A DNA stretch of 64,000 nucleotides from a virus: positions 1-64,000 of the IMG/VR virus record IMGVR_UViG_3300028734_000012; one strand, 5' to 3'. The position numbers and the translations under genes are program-made. Within the stretch, counting starts at the first letter, position 1. Every line of letters begins with the position of its first letter. Shown one piece after another: positions 38,265-47,345 of the stretch. The notes below the pieces were generated by a model. It was not told the DNA's origin. It did no database searches and saw nothing but the letters and a program-made list of their open reading frames with translations.

Positions 38265-38558
38265 ATGAATGAAAGAGCAAAGATTATCTTAGAGCAACTT
38301 GGTGGGAATCATTTCATGGTGATGACAGGCGCAAAGCTTATCACATATGATGATAATTCTATTTCCTTATCACTACCACGTAATATCTCAAAAGCGAACA
38401 AATTTTCGGTGACACTTGATGGTGACGATACTTACACAATGAAGTTCTATTCCACTACACGTAAAGAGCCGATGATATGCGCTCAAAGTGGATTGTACTT
38501 CAATATGTTACAGCCAGAGTTTACCAGAGTGACAGGGATGGACACTAAATTATTCTAA
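38265..38558 (+). CDS. conserved-type phage/mobile-element protein
   Basis: ILEQLGG..F..MTGAK and DTYTM motifs. Confidence 0.7.
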   Translation: MNERAKIILEQLGGNHFMVMTGAKLITYDDNSISLSLPRNISKANKFSVTLDGDDTYTMKFYSTTRKEPMICAQSGLYFNMLQPEFTRVTGMDTKLF

Positions 38559-38967
38559 AGGAGTAAACAACATGTTTGATTCAAGAGAGTTACACAATAT
38601 TGCCGTTGGCATTGCAGAGATGGAGAGCGCACACAGCGAGGACACCGACAAAGACATAGCAATCGTTAATGCTATTGATGGCGCAGTAGATGCACTAAGG
38701 AGACTTTCAAATCTATTGCTTACAGAAGAAGCTTAATAAATGGGGTGGAGAAATCCATCCTATTTTTTTTATCCAATTCATTTTATATTATAATATGAAA
38801 AATAACTATACTTCTCTTCATATGAGTTGCAAAGCAACTGGATATAAAACGCTCCGCGTTTCATATTACAATATGATTAAAATATTGAATTAATTATTTA
38901 GTATATTTACTTGACATTCGCATATAAATATAGTATAATAATTAAACAAAGAAAAGGGGATTAACGA

Positions 38968-39015
38968 ATGTTTATGATGTTTCTTTATTTACTATTTTTT
39001 GGAAAAAAGAAATGA
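38968..39015 (+). CDS. 15-aa hydrophobic micropeptide MFMMFLYLLFFGKKK
   Basis: Own promoter at 38912, AGGGGA RBS. Confidence 0.65.
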   Translation: MFMMFLYLLFFGKKK

Positions 39016-39100
39016 AAACGCTTGACAAATGACGAAAACAATGGTATACTAGTAACAGAGATTAAGAGAAGAACGACAAAAGAAAGAGAGGTATTTCAAC

Positions 39101-39345
39101 ATGAAACTTATTTACTTCGGTCGATGTAGTTGCTCAACTAAAAAAAATATTATTAAATAATTAACGACAGCCGCGGCAGTTTGGCGCACAGCCAAAGAAG
39201 GAGATATGACGATGTTTCATAGTGGATTTGTTTAGCTAGACATTATAAATTAGAACGTATTAGATGAGAACAGCGCGGCTACAGCCGCACGAACCAAACG
39301 TTATTAGGGGGATTTGTGATGAGATTTACAACTGGATTTACTTAG
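39101..39345 (+). other. micro-ORF array: MKLIYFGRCSCSTKKNIIK (39101-39160), MFHSGFV (39212-39235), MRFTTGFT (39319-39345)
   Basis: Each behind a strong RBS; repeated GGATTT...TAGCTA and CGCGGC. Confidence 0.5.
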
Positions 39346-39588
39346 CTAAACTATGATAATTAAAAATTAGATTGTATATATAAATAAATAAATAATACGC
39401 GGCGACGGGGTTATTTTATATCCCGCCGCCGCCTTTTTATTTAGGAATGAATTTCATATTATAATATGAATATAAGAAGCGAATTGTTATATTATAATAT
39501 GAATTAGAATATTTATTTTTAAATAAGATTGACAATTAAAAAAACGTATGTTATAATATAATTACAAAAGAAAAGAGGGTATATAATT

Positions 39589-39777
39589 ATGAAATTTATT
39601 GTTGATGAATTACCGAACGGTTGTTCTGAATGCCCCATAAGTAAAAAAGAATACCATGGAAAATTTGGTACTTTTTATAGTTGCCCATTAACTGGTGAAT
39701 CAACTATTGGTGGCTGTAGTTGGATGCAAGGGCAATTAAAAATATGTAAAAGTTGCCCATTAGCTATACTAAAATAA
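39589..39777 (+). CDS. small Cys-rich protein
   Basis: P..C.ECP...CPL motifs. Confidence 0.7.
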   Translation: MKFIVDELPNGCSECPISKKEYHGKFGTFYSCPLTGESTIGGCSWMQGQLKICKSCPLAILK

Positions 39778-40422
39778 AAGAAAAGAGAACCTAATTATGA
39801 AAGATATGATTAAAAGACTTGTAGTATTCACAATCGTTATTCTGGTTGTTATAGCTTGCACTTGGAGACTAACCATGTTATCATTAGGAATAGTAGTCAA
39901 TGACGACACTTGCTACATTACAAGTTACGGGCAAGTAGATGCATATGATTACACACCAAATTTTTAAAGGTGGGTACATATAATGAAACGGAAGTTTATA
40001 TTCTGGTTACTGGTTGATGTTTTCACAATCGGTTTGTTTATCTGGTTTGTTTGGTCTTGCTTGGATGTAAACGCTCATAATAACCTTGGTGATACAAGTA
40101 CCATCAGTACATACAATCTATTCTACATGGCAGAGAGGGCAAGAGATAGCATAATGAGTTGACTTAGTAGGCGGCAGAAATGCCGCCTATTTTTTACCTA
40201 TAGTTGTTTCATATTACAATATGAATCGTTTTATATTATAATATGAGTTTCACTTCGTTCAACTGATATTTTATGAATCTGCTGTAAAAATCTGTTTTCA
40301 TATTCTAATATGAGTTGATTATATAAAAATACAATTTCTAAAATAAAGTTTTAATATCTATTGACAATGATTATTTTTCATGTTATTATATATATAGAAA
40401 AGAAAAGGAAGTGCAATAATAA

Positions 40423-40716
40423 ATGAGTAAAAGTATATTAATCATTGGGGAGTTCAAGACTAGGAGAAAAGATGTTGCCGTTGGTATTCATATTCCAACT
40501 GATAGGCTGATAACGGAGTTAGACATTGAGGAGATACAAACTAAATTCGTATCGACATTCAATCCTATAAAGGATAAAATCAAGAGATATATTGTTGATG
40601 TTGTACACTGTACGAATACAGAAGAAGAAAAAGACTTGGCTATATCATTCAACAGTATATCTTATAATCAAATGGTTCTACATCTGGAACAGTACGCAAG
40701 AATTGCTAACTTATAA
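40423..40716 (+). CDS. hypothetical protein
   Basis: ORF, RBS, promoter. Confidence 0.7.
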   Translation: MSKSILIIGEFKTRRKDVAVGIHIPTDRLITELDIEEIQTKFVSTFNPIKDKIKRYIVDVVHCTNTEEEKDLAISFNSISYNQMVLHLEQYARIANL

Positions 40717-40735
40717 AATAAAGGAGAAAAATATT

Positions 40736-40891
40736 ATGGTAAAAGTTTGTGTTAATGTAATCGGCGCTGATAATCTGACAATGGGTAAGAGGTACGAAAT
40801 AAAAAAAGCAACGCACTCGGATTATGTCAAGGTCAAGAACGATAATGGAAAAGATAAGTGCTATCATAAAATGAGATTTGCGGCTGAATAA
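40736..40891 (+). CDS. small SH3-like protein
   Basis: LTMGKRYEI...VKNDNG...Y...RF; AGGAG RBS. Confidence 0.65.
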   Translation: MVKVCVNVIGADNLTMGKRYEIKKATHSDYVKVKNDNGKDKCYHKMRFAAE

Positions 40892-41183
40892 GCCGCATTT
40901 TTCTTTATATAAACGTTTCATATTACAATATGAATACTTATAATTCTTATCATATTCTAATATGAATTGATAAAATAAAGTTTTAATTAGTGTTGACAAT
41001 TGTTATTTTCCATGTTATAATAAATATAGAAATTAAAGAGAGAAGGATTTAAAAATGACAGTTTACAGAAAAGGTTTGAGGAAAAATTTCATCTATTTGT
41101 ACGAGATGACAATGAAAGAATATCTGGTCAACCGCTACATCTATGGAAGTAAAATATTTAGGAAATAAAAGGAGTGCAACATT

Positions 41184-41414
41184 ATGTATAAAAAATCAAT
41201 AGCAATATTAGAATTGACAAATTTTAGCGGCATTAAGATTCTAGGCATTGAATACGGAATCAATGATAAGGTAAAATTTTGTTATACTGATGATGAAAAG
41301 GGCGATGGTAGGACTATAACGGCAAAAATCAGATATGATGATGAGGGCAAAAGTTATTTCATATCCTATGGTCATCGTTATGATATTGATGAATTTATAA
41401 GAACAAATTCATAA
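41184..41414 (+). CDS. hypothetical protein
   Basis: ORF, RBS. Confidence 0.7.
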   Translation: MYKKSIAILELTNFSGIKILGIEYGINDKVKFCYTDDEKGDGRTITAKIRYDDEGKSYFISYGHRYDIDEFIRTNS

Positions 41415-41673
41415 TTAATAAGCCCGTGAGGGCTTATTTTTTTACCTATAAATGAGTTTCATATTACAATATGAAATAGATTAATCTTTATCACATTACA
41501 ATATGAAATACCCTTCACTTCAATTCATATTAGAATATGAAATATAAATTGAAAATTCAATTCTAAAATAAATATTTTAATTCGCTTGACAAATGTCATA
41601 AAACATGGTAATATATATATAGACCTAAAAGAAAAGACGTAAAAAATAAAGAATAGAAAAGAAGGATTTTAAA

Positions 41674-42009
41674 ATGTTTGGATTACCTACAAAATTTACA
41701 AAGCACGAAGTTATGGTTGGACTTAATGATAAGGTCACTAAAACGCAGTTAGTTCCTACAATCGAAGCTTTTAAGGCGGCATCAAGTATCGTAGCAAGAT
41801 ACTACGACGGAGCGAGTATATATCAAGGCAACGGAGTTTATAAGCACGACGACGGCACAGTCGTATTTGAGGAATCACTCAAAATTGATATTCTGGTATT
41901 CGATAAAAAGAATGATAACATTGACGGGCTGATTGAGGAATTGAAATTAAAACTGAATCAAGAGAGCGTAGCAATCCAAACAAGCCGAGTTTCAAGCCGC
42001 TTAATGTAA
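41674..42009 (+). CDS. DUF3574/PII-like protein, candidate SAM lyase
   Basis: VGL, G.GVYK, E.S, LNQESV pattern. Confidence 0.55.
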   Translation: MFGLPTKFTKHEVMVGLNDKVTKTQLVPTIEAFKAASSIVARYYDGASIYQGNGVYKHDDGTVVFEESLKIDILVFDKKNDNIDGLIEELKLKLNQESVAIQTSRVSSRLM

Positions 42010-42197
42010 TTATAAGGCATACGGAAAATAAACCGTATGCCTTATTTTTGGGTTCATGTGTTAAAACATTAACAATCATATGGGTAATTTCATATTACAA
42101 TATGAATCATGGGCTGTAAAAATTTCCAAAACTTTATCCCTCAAAAGTTTCCATAGACTAAGCGTTTCATATTACAATATGAATTATGAATCGTTAA

Positions 42198-42277
42198 GGT
42201 AAAACGGTAATATGGTAATATGGTAACGCTTTAAAGTAGTAACGCTTTAACTTGATAAAGTGGTAAATCATTAAAAC
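42198..42277. repeat. ten contiguous 8-bp degenerate repeats NNTAANNN
   Basis: ggtaaaac ggtaatat ggtaatat ggtaacgc tttaaagt agtaacgc tttaactt gataaagt ggtaaatc attaaaac. Confidence 0.8.
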
Positions 42278-42366
42278 ATATTTACTTACTATGTTAATTT
42301 CATATTACAATATGAATCGTTTTGGGCAAAAAAAATAAGCCGCATATTTCAGCGGCTTATTTTCAA

Positions 42367-42504
42367 TTATCTGCCTAATAATATGTCAGAATCATATTCC
42401 TCATTATTATTGAATGCTATCCATTCAGCGGCTTTTTCTTCACTCATACCCTGTTCCATCCAATAATCAATTTTTTCAAGGTAATTCATTTCATCATAGT
42501 TCAT
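42367..42504 (-). CDS. small acidic protein (45 aa)
   Basis: MNYDEMNYLEKIDYWMEQGMSEEKAAEW..., followed by terminator. Confidence 0.6.
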   Translation of the reverse strand: MNYDEMNYLEKIDYWMEQGMSEEKAAEWIAFNNNEEYDSDILLGR

Positions 42505-42558
42505 AATAATAACCATCTTTCAAATTAAAATTAAGCCGCCCGTAGGCGGCTTATTGGA

Positions 42559-42603
42559 TTACTTTTTTTTACCGAATAACAAATACAATGCCATTAAAAA
42601 CAA
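42559..42603 (-). CDS. 14-aa hydrophobic micropeptide MFLMALYLLFGKKK
   Basis: TTG start, AAGGCGGTG RBS, paralog of 33762 and 38968. Confidence 0.6.
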   Translation of the reverse strand: MFLMALYLLFGKKK

Positions 42604-42637
42604 AACATCACCGCCTTATAAGAATAAGCGCGGTTAT

Positions 42638-43543
42638 TCACCGCGCTTTGCTGTTGTTGCGTTCGCTTCTCATACATAATGCTTTACCAGTTGCGTATTT
42701 TTTGAAAAGTTCAATAAGTTCATTCGCAGTTTCATCAATGTCGTTAAAATAATCATCTTTGCAGAATTGGTCAACCAATAACATTATCTCTTTACACATG
42801 TTCATAAGATAAAAATATTGATTGACGTTATTGAATTTTGCAAGTCTAAATTCTAAACAACATTCATTTTTGAAAGTATCGTTTCTAATGTTTAACCAAT
42901 ACCCATGCGTAAATGAAATACTTGTAAATTCAGCATAATTTGTAAAGTATCTACCGAACACCCGTTCTGTTAGATATCTGTTTTCTTTCATATAATATGA
43001 AAGTGGTGCAAATAATTTTTCCGAGTTAGCTTTTAAAATTCTTGCGAACCGATTATCCCATGTGGTGCGGCTAATGTTGATATGATGACCACAGTTACTA
43101 GCGGTTAAGTCAACTATTTCGGATATTCCTTGAATACGATTTTTGTATCCGTGTAGTGAAGTCCGTCGCTCTTCTTTATATTCACAATCGACGGTGCAAT
43201 CATGAGTAGGTAATAAATGATATTGGCTTGCCATATATGCATTTATTTCCTCTTGTGTTTCAAGGTGAACGCCATTTACATTTGTACCGTTGTATTTATA
43301 AGCGCATTCCCATTCTACAGCAATTTGCATTTTTGACTTTGTTTCAAGTCCTATGAGATTATCAACCTCATCATTATAGGATGATGAGCCGTTGCGCGTG
43401 TCATTATTTGCGCATTCGTTACAAGTGTAACGAGTTTCGCCGCAACCCTTTGTAGGAATTGCAATGTAGTCAATTCCCTTTGTTCCCGTGATTTGTTTAC
43501 CGCATTTACGGCAAAACGTACCGATTCTAATTTTTGCGTTCAT
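42638..43543 (-). CDS. putative amidoligase, divergent subtype B, with Zn-ribbon
   Basis: AVEWEC, DCTV, EYK, CGHHINIS, VFGRYFT, EFRLAKF, QYF. Confidence 0.75.
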   Translation of the reverse strand: MNAKIRIGTFCRKCGKQITGTKGIDYIAIPTKGCGETRYTCNECANNDTRNGSSSYNDEVDNLIGLETKSKMQIAVEWECAYKYNGTNVNGVHLETQEEINAYMASQYHLLPTHDCTVDCEYKEERRTSLHGYKNRIQGISEIVDLTASNCGHHINISRTTWDNRFARILKANSEKLFAPLSYYMKENRYLTERVFGRYFTNYAEFTSISFTHGYWLNIRNDTFKNECCLEFRLAKFNNVNQYFYLMNMCKEIMLLVDQFCKDDYFNDIDETANELIELFKKYATGKALCMRSERNNSKAR

Positions 43544-43578
43544 TTTAATTTTTCATTCCTTTATTTTTTAATTTTTGC

Positions 43579-43896
43579 CCATATGAGATTATATAAGCGG
43601 ATATTTTTTTTATTTGATTATGCTACAGTCAATGTGTAAATACCATCATAAGTGACCTTGCAATTGACTACAGATTGAATTTGCTCAACTTGTGAACGCT
43701 TGAAACAATATGTTTCTTTTTTGTGTTTTAGTTCTGTAATACAATCTTTTACAATTTGCTCAAAATAGTTATAACCTTTATTCTCTGTTTGTTCGCTCTT
43801 ATCGGTATCTAATATGCTATCTACTAACTCTTCAATATTAACATCTTTATTCATCTTTAAACATCCTTTATTATCCGCTTATATAATCTCATATGG
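43579..43896. repeat. 25-bp perfect inverted repeats enclosing one gene
   Basis: CCATATGAGATTATATAAGCGGATA at 43579-43603; reverse complement at 43872-43896. Confidence 0.92.
43618..43854 (-). CDS. hypothetical protein inside the inverted repeats
   Basis: ORF, AAGGA RBS. Confidence 0.7.
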   Translation of the reverse strand: MNKDVNIEELVDSILDTDKSEQTENKGYNYFEQIVKDCITELKHKKETYCFKRSQVEQIQSVVNCKVTYDGIYTLTVA

Positions 43897-43899
43897 TAA

Positions 43900-45300
43900 C
43901 ATTAATTTGTCGTAACTACCTTGCACTTATGGCATGAAGTAGGACTATAACACTACAGTCACAGTTACACGCTATACACTCTCGTTACTCATTAATGCTT
44001 ATTCTATTATCAAAGTACAATGGCGCTTATTAGACCATGTGAATGTGAATCACTTCCCTTGCTTATTCGTTTTTTGGAATATCTTAATAATAAACTGTTT
44101 TCATTTGTTCGTCAATAGTTATTTCAAATATTTTTTTATTTATTCGTAATTTATTTTTTTATTTATTTCATTAATTAAGAATACAATTTAGATATAACAA
44201 TAGTTAATTAACAATGTCATTACAAGCCCGTAAAGGGTCATTGTAGGCATTATGTATCATACATGCCATTAGTTACACCCATGATAACAACGTGCCTTGC
44301 AAGCCCTATGTAAAGCCCTATTGTAAAGGACTTATGTTAAACAATTAACAACGTGTTATATGTTACATTACATCTCATATTATAATGTGATGAGTACTAG
44401 TTATTGATATTACATTACTAACAAACAATTAGTTAAACTAAATATCTTTTAGGTCAACCCGTATCATGCTATGCTACAATGCTATGATGACCACATGCAA
44501 GGCATGTTGTAACAATGTTGCTACGTGTGTGTGTAACAATGATTACAAGTCACTAGAATAATACAAACAGTGTTAAAACAGTTTAGGGTATAGATTATAC
44601 TCTAAAATAAAAATGCCTTAATGAGCCGTTTAAACGCTCGTAATCGCATGTTGTTATAATGGCACGTTGTAACACATGCCTTTCAAGCCGTACGATAGTA
44701 TCAATACAGCGTGTAATACTGTGATTATACAATGCGTATAATTCCCTCAACTGTATTACTGTAGTACTGTATTAAGTATATGATACAACACATTGAAGAG
44801 TGTCAATGTATATTTATGTAATGCATATACATTTGTATGATTATACATTATGATTGTATGTGTTTATGCATATTGCATATACAAACAATGTATTATTGTA
44901 CAATGTCACCACGGGGGACGGGTGCGAACCCAAAATGAATAAATATTCATGTATATTCAATGTATATTTATGCATGGGGGGCTTTAGCACTTTAGCGTGT
45001 TGAAGCGCGGAACAGGGCATAGTAGCTACTAAGCATACATACTATAAAACGATATAGTCCATATAAGACAGTATACAGACACATGAACGATATACCCTAT
45101 ATACATACTGGCTAACGATATCAACCATAAGCCATAGAATCAACCGATATACTATATATACATTCAATTTATTTCACTTTTATTCCCTATATACTGTATA
45201 TACCCTATTTTAAAAAATACTGGGACTGTTTTTCAAAACGATATACCATATAAATGTATTAATAAAGAATTGAATTAAATATATTAAAAGTTTATTTAAA
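43900..45300. other. long non-coding region; candidate origin or genome-end/packaging region
   Basis: No ORFs, distinct composition, G tracts, five A(A/C)CGATAT copies. Confidence 0.5.
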
Positions 45301-45306
45301 AACTAC

Positions 45307-45335
45307 TTGACAAATTAATTCGTTTGATATATAAT
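45307..45335 (+). promoter_or_regulatory. SigA promoter
   Basis: TTGACA-N17-TATAAT. Confidence 0.85.
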
Positions 45336-45377
45336 ATGAGCAAGTAGAAAAGAGAGAAAAAAAGGGGAAACAAAAAA

Positions 45378-45944
45378 ATGGAATATATGATAACGGATGG
45401 CATCAATTACATAGCCGTTTCGTCTAGCGGTTCAGTTGCTACAGATGACTTTACACTCGCACAGCACTTTTCCTTTTTAAAGGCAAACAATTTTGTAAAA
45501 GCATTACCCATTGTGCTTAGAGATTATCAATGGAGAGTTGAACCCCTAAGTGTATCAGCAGACGGTAGCGCCTTTACTAATCCGTTTGGTGATGATTCTT
45601 ATAGTATATCTGATAAGGTAGATGAACTTTCAGATTTCTCTAAGAAACTTATTGAATATGAAAAATACCTACTAGCGGAACTATCTAAAACAGATTTAGC
45701 AATTGTTGATATTGAACATGCCGCTGAATTTCAAAATCTCAATGTTGTAAAAGGATACAAACTTTATAAGTTGTTACAAGAAAAAAGAATTAGGCGCAGA
45801 CATATCAAGAATGAGATAGAAGGAACAAGAATTGTTATGAGTAATAAAATGACAGCCTATGCTTCTGATGCAATTTCAAAATCAATTGCAAAATTGGATG
45901 AAAAAAAATATGCCCCTAGAGTTTTAAAAGAACTCTTTATATAA
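45378..45944 (+). CDS. conserved-type phage protein (coiled-coil)
   Basis: DIEH..E...LN...GYK...R.RRR.IK.E and C-terminal Y.PRVL..LF. Confidence 0.75.
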   Translation: MEYMITDGINYIAVSSSGSVATDDFTLAQHFSFLKANNFVKALPIVLRDYQWRVEPLSVSADGSAFTNPFGDDSYSISDKVDELSDFSKKLIEYEKYLLAELSKTDLAIVDIEHAAEFQNLNVVKGYKLYKLLQEKRIRRRHIKNEIEGTRIVMSNKMTAYASDAISKSIAKLDEKKYAPRVLKELFI

Positions 45945-45955
45945 GGAGAAGTAAA

Positions 45956-46345
45956 ATGAGTACTATTATTTATTTTATTATTATCGCATTGTTGTCCATA
46001 GGTTTTATAACATTTGTCATCATAAGCTATTTAAGAGCAGATTATGATATTCATAAAAGCATGGTAGTTTGGTTATGTAATCTTCGGAATTATGGAACTA
46101 TTCATGCAGATTTTGACGAATTTAAACGTAAGTTTGATAGTACGGATTGGTATCAATATGAAGATGGTATGTTTCCAGAGAGTTTATTCGTACATGGAGA
46201 TGGTTACTTTAGCAAAAGTGAAATTCACGCTTTTGTTATCCTATTTGACAATGTAGGTATGATAATGAAGAGCAACAAGGATTTTAAAAAGGCTATGAAA
46301 TACACAAAACAATATATAATTAATTTAAGGAAAGGTAACAAATAA
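45956..46345 (+). CDS. membrane-anchored protein, paralog family member 1
   Basis: N-terminal TM, F..FK..FD...W, F...GM.MK. Confidence 0.75.
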   Translation: MSTIIYFIIIALLSIGFITFVIISYLRADYDIHKSMVVWLCNLRNYGTIHADFDEFKRKFDSTDWYQYEDGMFPESLFVHGDGYFSKSEIHAFVILFDNVGMIMKSNKDFKKAMKYTKQYIINLRKGNK

Positions 46346-46346
46346 A

Positions 46347-46586
46347 ATGAATTTATTTAAAACGTACACAGGATTCGATACAGAGGTTCTAAAAACTGGA
46401 ACAATCGTAAAAATGTTTTATGCGGGAGTAGGTACACAAACCCTTTGGTTGGTGCATGAAGTAAGACCAGATTCTATCAAGCTTATTGATTACACGGGCA
46501 ACATCAAAGAGTTACTTCCTGCTCAATTCCTAAGTATTGAGGGCAGAAAACCATCTTACTCATTCGAAATTTTAGATATAAAATAA
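46347..46586 (+). CDS. hypothetical protein
   Basis: ORF, RBS. Confidence 0.65.
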   Translation: MNLFKTYTGFDTEVLKTGTIVKMFYAGVGTQTLWLVHEVRPDSIKLIDYTGNIKELLPAQFLSIEGRKPSYSFEILDIK

Positions 46587-46598
46587 GGAGAAAACACA

Positions 46599-46958
46599 AT
46601 GGGTTTAATTATATTTCTTATAATGGTTTTTGTAGTTACCATGATTATAACGTTACTTATTTGGCATTCGCATATTGACATAACTAAGTATGAAAATAAA
46701 AAATGCGGATGGGCATCATTCAAATCTTTTAAAAAGAATTTTGATGCCGCTAAATGGGAAGATGTAGAGGATGAAGACGATTGTTTATGTGAATATAACG
46801 GCAAACTTTTAGTCAGTTGTATTGCTGACCTTAGTTTTAAGTTTAATAATATTGGAATGCTTATGAGAACCCCAATATCATTTATTAGGGCTAAATTATA
46901 TGCTAACAAATATATAAAACTTCAACTTAAAAAAAATATATTATATAAATGGGATTAA
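46599..46958 (+). CDS. membrane-anchored protein, paralog family member 2
   Basis: Same motifs, ends LYKWD. Confidence 0.8.
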   Translation: MGLIIFLIMVFVVTMIITLLIWHSHIDITKYENKKCGWASFKSFKKNFDAAKWEDVEDEDDCLCEYNGKLLVSCIADLSFKFNNIGMLMRTPISFIRAKLYANKYIKLQLKKNILYKWD

Positions 46959-46970
46959 GGAGAAAACACA

Positions 46971-47336
46971 ATGGGTTTAATTATATTTATGCTAATACTT
47001 TTTACGATTTTCATAACGATATATGAATATATCGAATGGATTTGTCATGCTCAAACGGTAAAAGAAATCCACAAACCTTATGGGTATGCATCATTTAATA
47101 CCTTTAAAAAGCATTTCGATGCTACCGAATGGGATGCTGATAGAAATAATATGAAATATTGTCTTTACAAATATTACCATGGTGATTGTATTAGTAAAAC
47201 TGATACTTATTCTATTAGGTTTAATGATGTAGGAATGATTTTAAAATCACCATTATCACTTTTCAGAGCCAGAAGATATATAAGAAAATATCAAAAATCT
47301 CGAATTAAAAAAGAAGAATTATATAAATGGGATTAA
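46971..47336 (+). CDS. membrane-anchored protein, paralog family member 3
   Basis: Same motifs, ends LYKWD. Confidence 0.8.
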   Translation: MGLIIFMLILFTIFITIYEYIEWICHAQTVKEIHKPYGYASFNTFKKHFDATEWDADRNNMKYCLYKYYHGDCISKTDTYSIRFNDVGMILKSPLSLFRARRYIRKYQKSRIKKEELYKWD

Positions 47337-47345
47337 GGAGAAAAA

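Larger units (their letters stand above)
12..44391. repeat. Dispersed 18-bp palindrome family TTCATATT-NN-AATATGAA, about 45-50 intergenic copies
   Basis: Examples at 12, 1799, 5593, 9021, 15433, 24452, 33389, 35629, 36317, 38111, 39452, 41458, 42089, 42299; counted by eye. Confidence 0.9.

Noticed and set aside
43579-43896. Autonomous IS element
   Set aside because: The enclosed 78-aa ORF has no transposase motifs and no target-site duplication is visible
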